In this document: in pieces, positions 1 to 12,800 of the stretch
Layout of the letters: the number at the start of each line of letters is the position of its first letter
How positions within the stretch are numbered: the stretch's first letter is position 1
Assembly (NCBI GenBank): GCA_963693365.1
Contig: CAVNZM010000014.1
Location: forward strand, 682,001 to 746,000
Length of the DNA stretch: 64,000 nucleotides
Direction: 5' to 3'
Source: Amoebidium appalachense
Taxonomy: Eukaryota; Protista; Ichthyosporea
Translations under genes and position numbers: made by a program
Notes under the pieces: generated by a model
Seen by the model: the letters and a program-made list of their open reading frames with translations, nothing else
What the model was told of the DNA's origin: nothing
Databases searched by the model: none

Positions 1-52
1 GACAACATATGTGTAACCATAGGCATGCTGACTTGTGTCGTGTGTGTGAACT

Positions 53-85
<33 letters not shown>

Positions 86-403
86 TCGTGCTGATATGTC
101 CTGTGTGCGAGTATTGAGGTGTGTGTGTATGGATGTGTTGGTATGTGTGTGCATCGTGTGTGCAGGTTGTAGTGTTTGGTGTGCGTATGTGTGTGCGGAC
201 AAGTACATGTGCTGTGTGTATGGGTGTACGAACATGTACAGGCGTTCTGTGTACAAGTGTGCTAATAAGGGTGTCTGTAAGGTTGGGGGCGTTCGAGTAT
301 ATGACAGCATATATGAGCCAACCACCATCTACCCCCCGCTCCATTACTCCCTTCATGCCCATGTGTGTTCAGCCCAACTCCACCCAATCAAAACATTCCA
401 GTA

Positions 404-652
404 TCTACCATTTTGGACCCGATCGAGGTTGATCGGATCAAGGATTTCAATGGGCCCAGCGTGCCTTGTGAATCTCTCGAATCCATCGATTACGATAACG
501 CAATGGAGGGCGTGACGTAAAAAGAGCCCCGGAATGACTTCACACCCTCGATTGTGTAATTATGATCGACAGATTCGAGAGAATCATAAGCAGTGCCAAG
601 CCCATTTGAAATCCTCGATCGGATCAACCTCGATTGGGTCCAAAATGGTAGA
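404..652. mobile_element. MITE-like element with ~50-bp imperfect terminal inverted repeats
   Basis: 404-455 TCTACCATTTTGGACCCGATCGAGGTTGATCGGATCAAGGATTTCAATGGGC is the near reverse complement of 600-652 GCCCATTTGAAATCCTCGATCGGATCAACCTCGATTGGGTCCAAAATGGTAGA. No coding capacity and no clear TSD. Confidence 0.7.
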
Positions 653-713
653 CATGGGCCTTGCTTTAAAGCCCTCCCGTAACACCTATTTATAAACAGG
701 ACCAGACCCCCAC

Positions 714-1939
714 CTCATCTTCAGACTGGCTGGCAAATGTCTCCAATATTGGAGCTGTGGGCTGGCTAGGCTGCTGTTTTGGCACAAAGGGCACTGCAAT
801 GTAGTTGGGTTACGTGCACGTGTGGGTATATGGGGGCATGTGCACGATGCATGGGCGATGGCATTGACACTGTGTGTGCACGTGTAGGAATAGGGGTGCT
901 TGTGTGCATTCAAGGTTGGGATATCTCACGGAGGGGGGGGGCGGGGGGGAAGAGCTCTGCAAACCCAAAAGCCATGGCTACCTTTGAGGAGCATCAAAAT
1001 GGTTGAGATGGGATATGGTGAATAAATCACGTAGGAGGGTAAAAAAGGAAGAGGGGGGAGGGGACCGGATGTGTGGGTGTGTTGGGGGAGGGGGGGGGGG
1101 GGGGGGGGGGGACATGGGGAGAGGCAGGGGGAGGGGGAGGGGGAGGGGAGGGGGAGGGGAGGGGCAGGGGGGTGGGGAGGGGAGTGGGAGGGGGAGTGGG
1201 AGGGGGGAGTGGGAGGGGGAGTGGGAAGGGGAGGGGGAGGGGGAGGGGGAGGGGGGAGGGAAGGGGAGGGGGAAGGGGAAAGGGACGGGAAAGGGGAGGG
1301 GAAGGGGTATGTGGAGGGGGAGGGGGGGTTTGAATGCGTCAAAAAGTACAAAGTACACAAGAACAAACGGATAACACGATGCAGAATGCAAGCCATACAT
1401 AAAGAGTATGCATAATAAGCAGAGCCCATCCCCAGGGGGGGCCCACGTCATCCACAGTACCCGAGTTTCGACCTATTCACCTCGTTAACGAAACCCAACT
1501 CAGATACTGTTTCACTTGAACATGGGTAGGTCTCCCGTCTTGATCAGAGACGAGCAGGGTTGCTTATGCAGGCAAGGGCAGTGGGAAAGGCCGGGGGTTA
1601 AAGTTGCAGCAGTAAGCAGAAGCAAGAAAAATATAGATAGGAACTCAGGAGACGGGGCTTCTAGGAAGCTCCCCCGTCGCTACCTGGGGGGAAGGGGGAG
1701 GGAGGGAGGCGCGGGAGGAGGGGGGAGGGAGAGGGGGGGAGGGAGGGAAGGGGGAGAGAGGGGGGCGAGGGGAGAGGGGGGGGGGGGGGAGAGGGAAGAC
1801 AAGGAGAGGGAGGGAGAAGGAGAGGGAGAGAGAGGGAAAGAGGGAGAGGGAGAGGGAGAGGGGGGGGGGGGGGGGAAGGGGGAGGGGGGGGGGAGGGAGA
1901 AAGGGAAAGAGAGGGTGGGGGGGTGTTTGTGTATGTGTG

Positions 1940-1979
<40 letters not shown>

Positions 1980-3139
1980 AGGCGGAGGCGGGGAGGGAGG
2001 GAGACAAAGAGAAAGGGAGGGAGGGAGAGGGGGAGAGAGACGGGGGGGGGGGGGGTGGGGGGAGAGAGAGAGAGGGGGGGGAGGGGGAAAGAGAGAAAGA
2101 GAGAGGGCGGGAAAGAGAGGACGGGAAAGTGAGGGAGAGAGGGGGAGGGGGGGGAGAGAGAAAGAGTGAGGGCGAGAAAGAGAGGAAGAGAGGGTGAGAG
2201 GGATAGAGAGAGAGAGAGAGAGAGCTAAAGGGAGAGGGGGGGGGGGGGGGGGGGGGGAGAGGGGAGGGAGAGGGAGAGGGAGGGAGAGGGAGAGGGAGGG
2301 AGAGAAAGGAGGGAGGGAGGGAGGGAGGGAAGGAAGGAGGGAGGGAGGGAGGGAGGGAGAGAGAGCGAGAGAGAGAGACAGACGATGTGGACACAGACAC
2401 AACCGCACACACATGTACCCACATCTACGTACATACGGACGGCCACAGGCTCCACCTTCAACCAATACGTACACATACCCACACAGACGCGCACGCACAA
2501 ACTGTGCATAGCTCCATGCTTGCATGCAGCGCACACACCGTTCTCCCACCCACTCCCCTTCCTCTTTCTCTCCCCCCCCCCCCCCCCCCCCCGGTCAACA
2601 CACACACCCCAGGCACACAGCCCTACCATCATCATCATCGCCAAAATCAATCTCATCCAGATCGGATGATGCCAGCTGCAGGGCTCGAAATGCCGGCTCC
2701 TTCAGCTCCTCCTCTGCACACCCACCACACAGTTACCACCCATCCACCTCCCAGGGTTCCAAATGGATTTGCAGTCTACCCCACAACACTCGAACCAGAT
2801 GCGACGACCCTCATGAATTCCTCCTTGGCACTCCGTCATATATTAGGGGGGTTTCTTCTAGGCCGATATATGGTCACTGCTTTTTGGTCCTCGGGTCGGA
2901 CCAAATGCTGTTTGATGCGCATCAAGCCAATCATATTGCATTTATCCCATTCGGGTTAGAAACGACCTGGATACCTTTAAGAAACCCCCTTTAACAATCA
3001 GTACCTCTGAAAACATCCCTCTTGCCTTCTCATTCTCACCCCCATCCCACCATGACCCCTCATCCACCTTCCCCTGCCTGCCCGCCCAACCCACTCACTC
3101 ACCCAGCCAAACACCTCACGATATCCGCTCTTTTGCACG

Positions 3140-3170
<31 letters not shown>

Positions 3171-3498
3171 ACACACACACACACACACACCTTCAAAAAG
3201 GTTCTCATTATCTGAGGGAATAGCTATTTCCTCATTATCGAAATTATGCAGATCATCCTCGTCGCCAATCACAAGATTGGACGTGGAAGATGAGACGGAG
3301 GAAAACCCGTCAGAGTTGTACACTTGCTCCTCTGTCTCACTGTCTATCGTTGACTGTGGGAGAGGAAGGGCAGGAAGGAGGGGGGGGGGGGGGGGGGGAG
3401 GGGGGGTTGGAGAGGGGGGGGGAAGGGGGAGGGGGAGAGGGAGGGGGGAGGGGAGGGGAGAGGGGAGGGGAGGGAAGGGAGGGAAAAGGGGGAGGGAA

Positions 3499-3532
<34 letters not shown>

Positions 3533-3878
3533 AGGGAAGGTAAGAATGTGTTACAGACTACGAAGTACATATTCATAACGAACAGCATCACGAAGAGTGC
3601 AAACTACGGATGGGGAGGGGGGAGTGGGGAGGGGGGGGGGGGTTTTGAATGCGGAACACGGTACAAAGTACGCATACACGACGAGAAGCATGGTGCAGGA
3701 CACATGCAAAGGCAAACATTCAAGTATGCAACATCAGCCATGTGCACAGTATGCGTCATAAGCAGAGCCCGGGGGGGGGTTTAAGAATGTGTCCCAGAGT
3801 ATGAAGTACGCACTCATATCAGACAACACAATGCGAAGTGCAAACCACGGGGGGGAGGGTGGGAAGAGGGCCTAGGGA

Positions 3879-3909
<31 letters not shown>

Positions 3910-4690
3910 TGTTGAAAGTTAGTATGTGTTGGAGAGTATGAAGTACGCATTCACAACGGACAACACATTGCAGATATGGCCAAGCACACACAAAAAGAAC
4001 GGATTGGGAGAAAAGGGGTCAATCACCACAGAGCAGAAAAGGGATTTGCAAAAGAGAACACAGCACGGTGTACAGTCACGCGCACATGAAAAAATCGAGG
4101 CACACAGCCCAAGGAAAGAGGCTCACCGCAGAGAGCGGGGGGACAATGGAGAGATGGAGGGATACCAAAGTGAAGGAAATGTCAAGGAGGGAGGAAAGGT
4201 GAGGCAGAGGGACAGAGGGAAGGGGAGAGGGCCGGGGGGGGGGGGGGGGGGGGGGGGGGTATACATCAAGGGAATGGAAAAATGGAGGCTACACCAAAGG
4301 ACAAAATATAAAACGTCACAAAAAATGAAACCCCCGAAATCGAACTATAAAAATGGAATATAGAGAAAACGTGCAGGTGGCAGACACTTGAACAGAGAGG
4401 CAGAGGGGCGGAAGGAAATGGAGTTAGAGGGGAGGGGAGGGGGGAGGGGGGGGGGGGGGGGGGTTTGAATGCGGAACACGGTACGAAGTACGCATACACG
4501 ATGAGAAGCATGGTGCACGACACTTGCAAAGGCAAACACTCAAGTATGCAACATCAGCAATGCGCACAGTATGCGCCATAAGCAGAGCCCATCCCCAGGG
4601 AGGGCCCAAGTCATCAATTGCGTCTGAGTTTCGACCCCTTAGCCCGCATATATACGACTCTCCAACTCAGACAGCAGCATCAACTGAACT

Positions 4691-4726
<36 letters not shown>

Positions 4727-4857
4727 CAATGCTTAACACGGGAAGAAACACAAATTCACGATGAGAAAACCGGTGCAGGACACATGCGAAGGCAATCATA
4801 TAAGTATGTGCAACATAAGTAATGCATGCACCATGCACCTTAAGCAGAACCCATCTC

Positions 4858-4935
<78 letters not shown>

Positions 4936-5615
4936 CGTGCGCATGCGCGCATACGTGCATGTGTGGGTGCATGCATGCGTGCGTGAATATGTGTGAATGC
5001 ATGTGTGTGTATGTGGATGGGTGGGTCGGTGGGGGTGTAGGTGAGCATGTCGATTAAGCAGGGGGCGGTGGGGCGGGGGCCCCACTCACATGGAAACTTG
5101 TAACTGGAACTGTACGATCACGGTGTGGGAGCCGTGTCTGCAAGTGTATAAACAGTATGTGTGCATGTGTGGGGACAACTGTTGGTAGTTGTTATGCAAC
5201 CAAGTGCCTAAGTGTGTCCATAGAGAGGACAAAATATGCAAACTTCATCAGGGCGTGCACAAGTGTAAGTGGGGCGTCTGTCCGTGTGCGTATGTGGCAT
5301 ACGCATATGTGTGTGCGTGTGGGTGTATGTTGGGCGGATGGTTGTGTGTGTGTGCGTGTTGTGGGACAGGTGGGCCGGGGGGGGGGGGGGGGGGGAAGGG
5401 GGAGGGGGGGGGGGGGGGGAAGGCAAAGCATGCCCTTTTTAAGATAACAATGTGTTGTGCCAGGCAAAAGCATACAGGCACACAGGCACACAGTATACAC
5501 CTCCGACAGCATGCTTGTGACGGACGACGCATTGCTTCTGCCCGACAGGGAGCTGCCACAGCTGCCATGGCTGCCCATCGACCCCAGACTGCCCGTGCGC
5601 TCGGCTCCTCCCCTC
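714..5615 (-). CDS. Internal exons of an unidentified Ser/acidic-rich protein (partial gene)
   Basis: Three AG/GT-bounded, phase-compatible exons: 5615-5501 (RGGAERTGSLGSMGSHGSCGSSLSGRSNASSVTSMLSE), 3353-3191 (STIDSETEEQVYNSDGFSS...DNENLFE) and 793-714 (VPFVPKQQPSQPTAPILETFASQSEDE). Start and end of the gene not identified; no recognisable domain. Confidence 0.5.
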
Positions 5616-6167
5616 CTGCCAAACATTATCAGCACGTGCACAAAAAGAAAGGGGGGAGGGAAGGGGGTTGGAGACGGGGGGAGGGGGGGGGGAGGATCGT
5701 TGATGGCATTTGGATGAGAAGGCGTTGCAGAGATACAGGCAAACCAAAAACACTACAACAAATGACACACTCTCAGGCAAGAGACACACGAACACATAAT
5801 AAAGTGGGGACAATGAATTGGGGAGGGGTAGACGGACGTGTGCAAGTTTTTTGAGGATAGAGAGTGAACACGGTAGAAGCTAGGATGTGGTAACGAGATA
5901 TAGTAAATAGTTGACACACCAGATAACTCAAAGCAGCTATGTAAAAATGTGCACACAAGCAGGAAGGAGGAAGGGGGGGGGGGGGGGGGGGGGGGGGGGC
6001 ATCTGAAAATTATGGCAAGCAAACGAACCTAATACGAGGGGAAGGGGAGGGGGGGGGGGGGGGGTTAGGTAGGTAAGAGAGGGTAGGTGGGGGAGAGAGG
6101 AGGAGGGTGAGAATCAGAAAGGAATTAAAACCAGAAAGCTCGGGACCAGAGAAGCTGGGGTGGGTGT

Positions 6168-6231
<64 letters not shown>

Positions 6232-6643
6232 GGGTTTGAATGCGGAACACGGTACGAAGTACGCATACACGAAGGACACATGCAAAGGCAAACATTCAAG
6301 TATGCAACATAGCCATGCGCGCAGTATGCGTCATAAGCAGAGCCCATCCTCAGGGAGGGCCCAAGTCATCAATTGCGTCTGAGTTTCGACCCCTTATCCC
6401 GCGCATATACGGGGGGAGGGGGGGGGGGGTTACAGAGCTACAGTGAGAAAGTGAGACCCAAAATAAATGAAGTCGGGCCCCCTAGTGGGGGGGGGGGGGG
6501 GGGTTTGAATGCGTCAAAAGTACGAAGTACACAAGAACAAACGGATAACACGATGCAGAATGCAAGCCATACATAAAGAGCATGCATAATAAGCAGAGCC
6601 CATCCTCAGGGGGGGCCCACGTCATCCACAGTACCCGAGTTTC
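1328..6643. repeat. Local dispersed repeat family (~130-190 bp units, 6 copies, same orientation)
   Basis: Copies at ~1328-1473, 3642-3770, 4463-4654, 4760-4860 (partial), 6234-6410 and 6503-6643. Shared start GTTTGAATGCG and shared end ATAAGCAGAGCCCATCC.CAGGG.GGGCCCA.GTCATC...GAGTTTCG. Two subtypes. Confidence 0.8.
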
Positions 6644-9557
6644 GGTGGGGGGGGGGGGGAGCAAAGACTTTTAGAGGGGGGGGGGAGGGGGGGGAAGAAG
6701 GGGCAAAAAGGAAACAGGAGACCTGGAGCCCGTAAGTAGAATATTAGATAATAACCCAAGAAAGGTAAAGCAGAGCAAGATAAAGGAGGAGAACGAACCA
6801 AGGGGAGAGAGGGTTGAGATGTGGGTAGGTAACCACTGTTCGTGCGAGAAAGTGTGTGTTCTGTATGTACGTGTGCCTATGTTGTCTTAGTGGTTGGAGT
6901 GGTGAGGGTGCTGAGGGTGTCGGAGGGAAGGGGGAGAAGGGGGAGGGGGGGGGGGGAGGGGGGGGGAGGGGGGGGGGGGGGGGGGGGGGCGATGTATGTG
7001 TTAGAGGGTTGGGAATATGGAGGAGACAGCAAAGAGCAACAACAAAACGTCACAAAAGTGGGAGATCCAAACTCAAACAATTTAAGCGTGCAGGCAGAAG
7101 ACATTGGACAGAGCCCATCATCAGGGGAGGGGGGGTGGGGGTGGGGAGGAGAGGGTTGGGAGGGAAGGGAATTCAGGCAAGGGGCGACATTGACCAGAGG
7201 GGGTAGGTGGAGGGACGAGGGCAGGAAAGGGATGGGAAGGGGAGGGGGAGGGGGGGGGGGAGGGGGGGGGGGGGGGGGGGGAGGGAGGGGGGGGGGGCCA
7301 AAAAAATGTTGAAAGGAACCAGGGATGGGGTATCTGAAGTAAGGAGAGGAGGGTGGGAGTGTAGGGAGGAGGATAAAGGGAGATCAACTCTTCGTTGTCG
7401 GCAAATTCATGCACGTTTCAAAAATGCAACGGCGACAATGGAGCGTCAAGGTACCTGTGCCGTGAGTGAAACAGAACTACTGCAGTAAACCGGGCAGCCA
7501 GAAAGGGAATAAACTGAGCTACGGCAAGAACTTGCCAGTGTACTTTTCCAGAAGGAAACACATAGCCTGTTGACTATAATGAGCGGACAAGAACCTGAAC
7601 GATAAGGTTTCATGTGGTTGAGTTGGGGTCTGCGTCAAAAGCGCTGCAGCATAAGCTTACAGGTGTTGAGTGTTGCGCACCTCCACAGGGTTTATTCACT
7701 TGTGCAACCAAGTGAATGCCTGTAACGCGATTTTCTGGCTGTGGTCCTAGAACGCTTGTGCACTATTCCTTTGCTTGTTGTTCTGTATTAGAATATCTTT
7801 TTTGGTATGAAATAACTGCATGTTACTGGTAACGTATGAACCGGGTGTTGAAAACTGCTGAGCGGCTTGCGGCTTGGTGCTACAGCCGGCACGTTCGTGT
7901 GGGTTGTGGGAAAGTGCAAAAGGGCAGGTGCGACAAAGTGAGTGACATGTGGTGTTCATGACGTAATGCAGGTCACAATGTGCCCATGTGTTCAATGAGC
8001 GAGAAACGCTAACTATAGCATGTGTAGCAACCAAATAAACGTGGGGCAGAGTGACACACGCAAAAAGCAGAGAAGATATTCAATATCCTTGACATTCCTC
8101 GCTCATGCGTTTCTTAAAAAGATGAAGAAGGTGGACGAGAAAACACATTGATTAGGGAGCGTCGAGTGTGTTTTTGGGAAGACACATACCCGGAGGGATT
8201 CATGATGAAAATACTGCCTCTATAGATGGAGGGGACATCTTTGTTCGTCAAAGCTCAACATGTTATCCGTAACGGTTGCTCTGTTCTAATTACTGCCCGT
8301 ATTATGACGATTGAATTCGGAATGGAGGTGGCTAGGATTCCGCTAATTTTTGGAACTCCGAGCACAGGTCTTGTACTCCGTGTGGCCAGTAACACTATCC
8401 AAGGCTTATTGTTATCTACGTGAGGATTCTTAGGCACTATAAAAATAAGGAAGTTTGTAGTTCCCCTCAGGCTAACTCAGTCGCTTATGAAGATAAAACC
8501 AGTGCTTCTGTACGAAGGCCGGAACACAGAAAAGGTTGGTCGGAAAGCAAAGACCCGAAGCATGGCACGTACAGCTCCTGATATTTAAAATTATATACAT
8601 TGTATTTATTGCATTAATTTTTGTTTCATTGTTCTCTGGTGATTTTGGGTTCCTATTGGTTGTAATAAACCAGAGAAATTCACCGGCAACTGCCCTAAAT
8701 GGTACGTCAGGTATTGCATGAATACAACCGTATGGTGTGTTACCAAATATTATTATAAAACACAGTGCAATGGTCTAGCAGATTATATAAGGTTTTTGAT
8801 CCCTTCGGGTGTAATTTCGGGTGTAAGATAGGCCCAGTGTCTACACTGTACTTATCATTGTGGATAAGCGGCCAGCAGTGCGCCGCACCGCCGGCCGGCG
8901 CACACACCGTCCTCACCGAGTCGAGTGATCACAATCGATCACACGCGTTGCCATAGTAAGCGCTCATGGCGATAGACGTCATCACATGCTTATACGCTGG
9001 TCATATAAGTAAATGTAAAACAATAATAATAAAAAAGTATGAATATGCTTCTGAGTTCTGACATAAATATTACGCTTTTCATATCTTAGACTTTTTCTTT
9101 TTATGTGTACATGTGTAGGCACACGTTGGTGGATCGTACACTCCTCAGACAACAATTCAACATCACAACCGCTCGGTGAGACCGATCAGCAACTCCGATT
9201 GGGAGTTTCGTCACAATTTGATTGGATGCTTTTTTATTACCTCATAATGATCCAATCGGAACGTTGCTAGTAAAGTTGTGAGTTCAACTGAGTTGTCCAT
9301 ATTTAGCGTGGGTGAAGCCCGCGAAGATCTGCGCATAGCAACCGTGACGTGTGTATGTGTCTGCCAAGGTGCTAGTGCGTACGTGCGTGTGGGTGCGCAC
9401 GTGCGTGTGCGCACGTGTGTGTGTCGCAGTGTGTGTTTATGTGTGTGTGTGTGCGTGTGTGTGTGTGTGTGTGTGCCACGGCGTGTGCGTGTGTGTGTGC
9501 GTGTGTGTGCGTACGTGTGTGTGTGTGCACGCGCCTGCCTGTCTGTGTGTGTGGCAT

Positions 9558-9690
9558 TTCACATCACTCACTCGTGCTTGCCTCATGCCCCCCGTGTCCG
9601 TGGAGTGCAGGCCGTCGTGCCTGCACCCAAGGGGCTGGCCGAGGCGGGGGCCGCCAGGGGGGGTCCATGCCATGAGCCCCCCCCGCACCA
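9558..9690 (-). repeat. Split direct repeat B2 (133 bp)
   Basis: Appears identical to B1, which is reassembled from 10080-10108 plus 13753-13856 (29+104 = 133 bp). Confidence 0.92.
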
Positions 9691-9804
9691 GCCGGGGCTG
9701 GGCCCCGCCTCGACATGCTTTATTGCCGCTGCAATCGGGCTGTGAGCCAGTCACAGTCGCATACGTACACCGTCATGTATACAGACTTAGAGGTGGGTGG
9801 GTGG

Positions 9805-10081
9805 GAGCCGCCGTGTGCTAGCCACCGAAACGCAATCGTGCTAACAAAAACCGTACGTGCAGCACACGGCGAAAACGAAGGTGGCCTGCATCTGCAGTGT
9901 GCTGCGCCGGAAATACCGGCGCTGGTGGCGCTTGACGTCAGGCGCTGCGCCAGACCGATGTCAGCCGCCGCTGCGGCTGCGCCTGGCGCCGCGGCCCGTG
10001 ACGTCATGGGCCGCCCGGCTGCCTGCGCCCGAAGTGATCCGTGAAACATCTTTCATCTGCTGCGCATATGAAACGTACATT
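9805..10081 (-). repeat. Split direct repeat A2 (277 bp)
   Basis: Matches 18584-18860 with two substitutions seen by eye. Contains two TGACGTCA palindromes (9933-9940, 9999-10006). Confidence 0.93.
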
Positions 10082-10108
10082 CACATCACTCACTCGTGCT
10101 TGCCTCAT

Positions 10109-10589
10109 TGTAAACAACTGTACACATGAACTGTACATGTTTACTAAAGAATGTGATCTACTAGCACACGATTCGTGCTTTGTCATGAATATCACATAAA
10201 TATTATGTCCGCACCAATAGGACTCACTCTGACCTAAGAATTGAACCATATATGGTTCTTCAGCTGCATACCACATAAACGAAGTGAACCAATAAGAGGT
10301 TTGCATAAATAGGACAAAGGTCTGACTGGCTCGGACCGCACCAGAATCACGAATGGCATGTTGCCACCCGCGCTGGCCGCGGATGAACCAATCCTGGGCC
10401 TTGATCCGAAACCTGGGGGCTATATAAGAAAGCCGTCCCAGTACGGGGATCACATCAGTGAAGTCTTGAGACAGACTGAGTCGGCCCATAGTAAAAGCAA
10501 CCTGGCCGCGTGTGCCTTTCTACCCGTTCTCTGTCTTTATTTTGATTCAGTTGTACTCTGCCTTATCCTAACTAGTCCAACTGTTTACA
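10109..10589 (+). repeat. 5' LTR
   Basis: TG...CA ends with an 8-bp terminal inverted repeat. CCAAT at 10388-10392 and TATATAA at 10421-10427. ORF-track translations across both LTRs are identical. Confidence 0.95.
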
Positions 10590-10590
10590 T

Positions 10591-10608
10591 TGGCGACCGC
10601 GGCAGGAC
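10591..10608 (+). other. Primer binding site, probably tRNA-Arg
   Basis: TGGCGACCGCGGCAGGAC lies 1 nt after the LTR. Its reverse complement GTCCTGCCGCGGTCG-CCA matches my recollection of the 3' end of eukaryotic tRNA-Arg(TCG). Confidence 0.8.
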
Positions 10609-12579
10609 ACTGTTATACATTGCCAACTGTTTACATTGGCGACCGCGCAGTTCAAGAATCTCGCATCCTTCGAATCTCACATCTTTCAATCAGTTCAAGA
10701 ATCTCACATCTTTCAATCAGCTCAAGAATCTCCCATGGCCGATCACAATCCTTTTTACCCCGATGATAGGCACATCTTTCCTTGTCCGGCTTAGAATATA
10801 TACACCTACAAGTTTGAAGTGGCCAGCCCACCTACACGGAAAGAATTGAAAGCATGTAAAACTTCTTTTGCTACGACACATCAAAAATGTGAAGAAAAAC
10901 GAATACACAACGAAACAACGAATACACGAACAAACGAATAAAGAATTGCTAACGAAGCAATGAACCAACGAAAAACGAACAAAGAATTGCTAACGAAGCA
11001 ATGAACCAACGAAAAACGAACCATCACGAATAGCAATGAAATAAAGAATTAACGACAAACGATTGCATAGAGGAAATACGAAATGAATGCAACACGAAAA
11101 CAAAACGAAGTAACGAAGTTATCAAACGACAAAAAACGAAAAACGAAAGCAAAATGAAATGGAAACACGAAAATGAAAAAGAACGAATGCACAACACTGC
11201 TTAGGTTGCAATGCACACGGCCCCCGCTATGTTACGAAGACAAGGAAACTGTTGCTCTTGCGTGCATTGCGCTATTGCACACTGTCATCGTGTCCATGCC
11301 ACTGCGTGCACGTCCACACTCGCAACTCAGATGCACGGCCACTTTCAGCACAAATGCACTTAAAGAAGAAGATAGTCGCTGTTGCTATAGCATGTAGGAC
11401 CTAAGATCTTATGAAAGTAGTGTTGCATGCATGCTTCGAATCCCTTGCTGTTCTCGAATACAGCATGCCCCATAGTTTAGCGCCCAGGATGCACAACATG
11501 CGCATGAATGTATGCTGGCATGCCTAAACACATTACGAACATATGCCTCATGTATGGCCCTTCCAGGTGCCATGCCCAAACGAATTTGCACTCTTGGTGC
11601 ACAGAAGGCATGTTGTTAATAAAGTCGATGCAGAACTTTTGTTCGTGCATGTGAAAGACAAACGAAGGTGTGGGGTACGAATTTAATGGTACTTGCCAGT
11701 CTGTGGCAATACTGTAACATACGAATTACACTGTCAAGCCTTGCACTAGCTGCCGGCACACCCCCACCAGAACAAAAGAATGTGGTATGGGCACCGTTCC
11801 CTCACAACCCCAGCATACAGTGTCAGTATTTTGGCTGGAAGCCTTTCAGTTTCGAATTACGAATACCCTCCTTCACTACTGAAGAAATTGACGTGGAAGA
11901 CGAATACGAATACGAATGCAAGGTGTTGTTGACTAACACATCGGACCATCATGTGTACCTAGGCCCTGGTACGGAGGTGACCATGTTATTCCCTTGCAAT
12001 ATGATGACACTGTAACAATTTAGCACGTGCATACCCCACCAATGGGCACATGCGGGAGACAACCCCACAAGCTGCCTTATTGGGCACCTCTGCTAAAACG
12101 AATATTCTTCTCACGAAGGAACAGAAGAATGTCACGAACACGAACCACACACTCCCCAGGCAGCTACTTACGTCTGATGTATGAAAGTAGTAGGTGTGTG
12201 AATGGGGTAACTCCATGAACACCAACACGAAAGCAAGCACAGCACAAAGCAGTTCCACGAATACGAATGGTTTTGGTATTCCACACAACGAACAGAACCT
12301 ACAGTAGGGCCACCTACAAATGAAGCAGAGGATGGGGCACCATCCAGACCTGCACTGGAGGATATGAAGATACGAAGCGCGCTCACGAAGTTGCTTACAA
12401 AAGAAAGGGCGACTCTGACGACTTTTCTTTTTAGGCCAAGCCTCCAGAAGAATGTATTATGCCTGGAATCCCCCTGCTCAACGAAAAATGGCTGGCAAAT
12501 GGGATACGAAAACTGCTCACGAATGGAAGCATGTGTTTTCTGAAGAGAGTTTGCTTTGCCTACCCTCTTCTTATGAATT

Positions 12580-12800
12580 ATGAACCGGGTTTTTACTGGT
12601 TCAAATTCTGACGGGCTGATATATTTCTTTATGTCGCCCAACGAAGAACACTTGGGGCATTTTTATTCATGTTTTTCCCAGCTCCGATGATGCAGGGTTA
12701 AAGCTGAAAGGAAAGAAGTGCTATTTGTTCATGAAAGAAGTGGCTTTTCTGGCCATGGCGACTCGCCTTACAGTCTTAAGGTAGAACCGGGATAAGGAGC
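12580..12800 (+). pseudogene. Decayed Ty3/Gypsy reverse transcriptase C-terminal fragment
   Basis: Frame-broken remnants MNRVF...EEHLGH...DAGLKLKGKKCYLFMKEVAFL(GH) resemble the Gypsy RT consensus AGLKLKxxKCxFxxxEVxFLGH. The YxDD motif is not intact. Confidence 0.7.

Noticed and set aside
6330-6395. Possible hammerhead ribozyme in the intronic repeat (CTGAGGA/CTGATGA and CGAAAC on the minus strand)
   Set aside because: I could not form stem II or III around the core motifs in any permutation, and the core is not conserved among copies.
7450-8720. Complex-sequence region that might hold the 5' exons of the left-hand gene
   Set aside because: All frames I tried contain stops and no phase-consistent model emerged.
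8761-8799. CACAGTG + 23 bp + GGTTTTTGA resembling a V(D)J/Transib recombination signal
   Set aside because: The nonamer is in the wrong orientation relative to the heptamer, and there is no partner signal or transposase nearby. Likely chance.
9550-9552. TGT as a 3-bp TSD of the TIR element (also at 20810-20812)
   Set aside because: Both flanks are TG microsatellite, so the match is uninformative and the superfamily cannot be assigned.
10004-10849. ORFs of 130-160 aa duplicated at 13201-13920
   Set aside because: They are incidental frames across the two LTRs, not genes.
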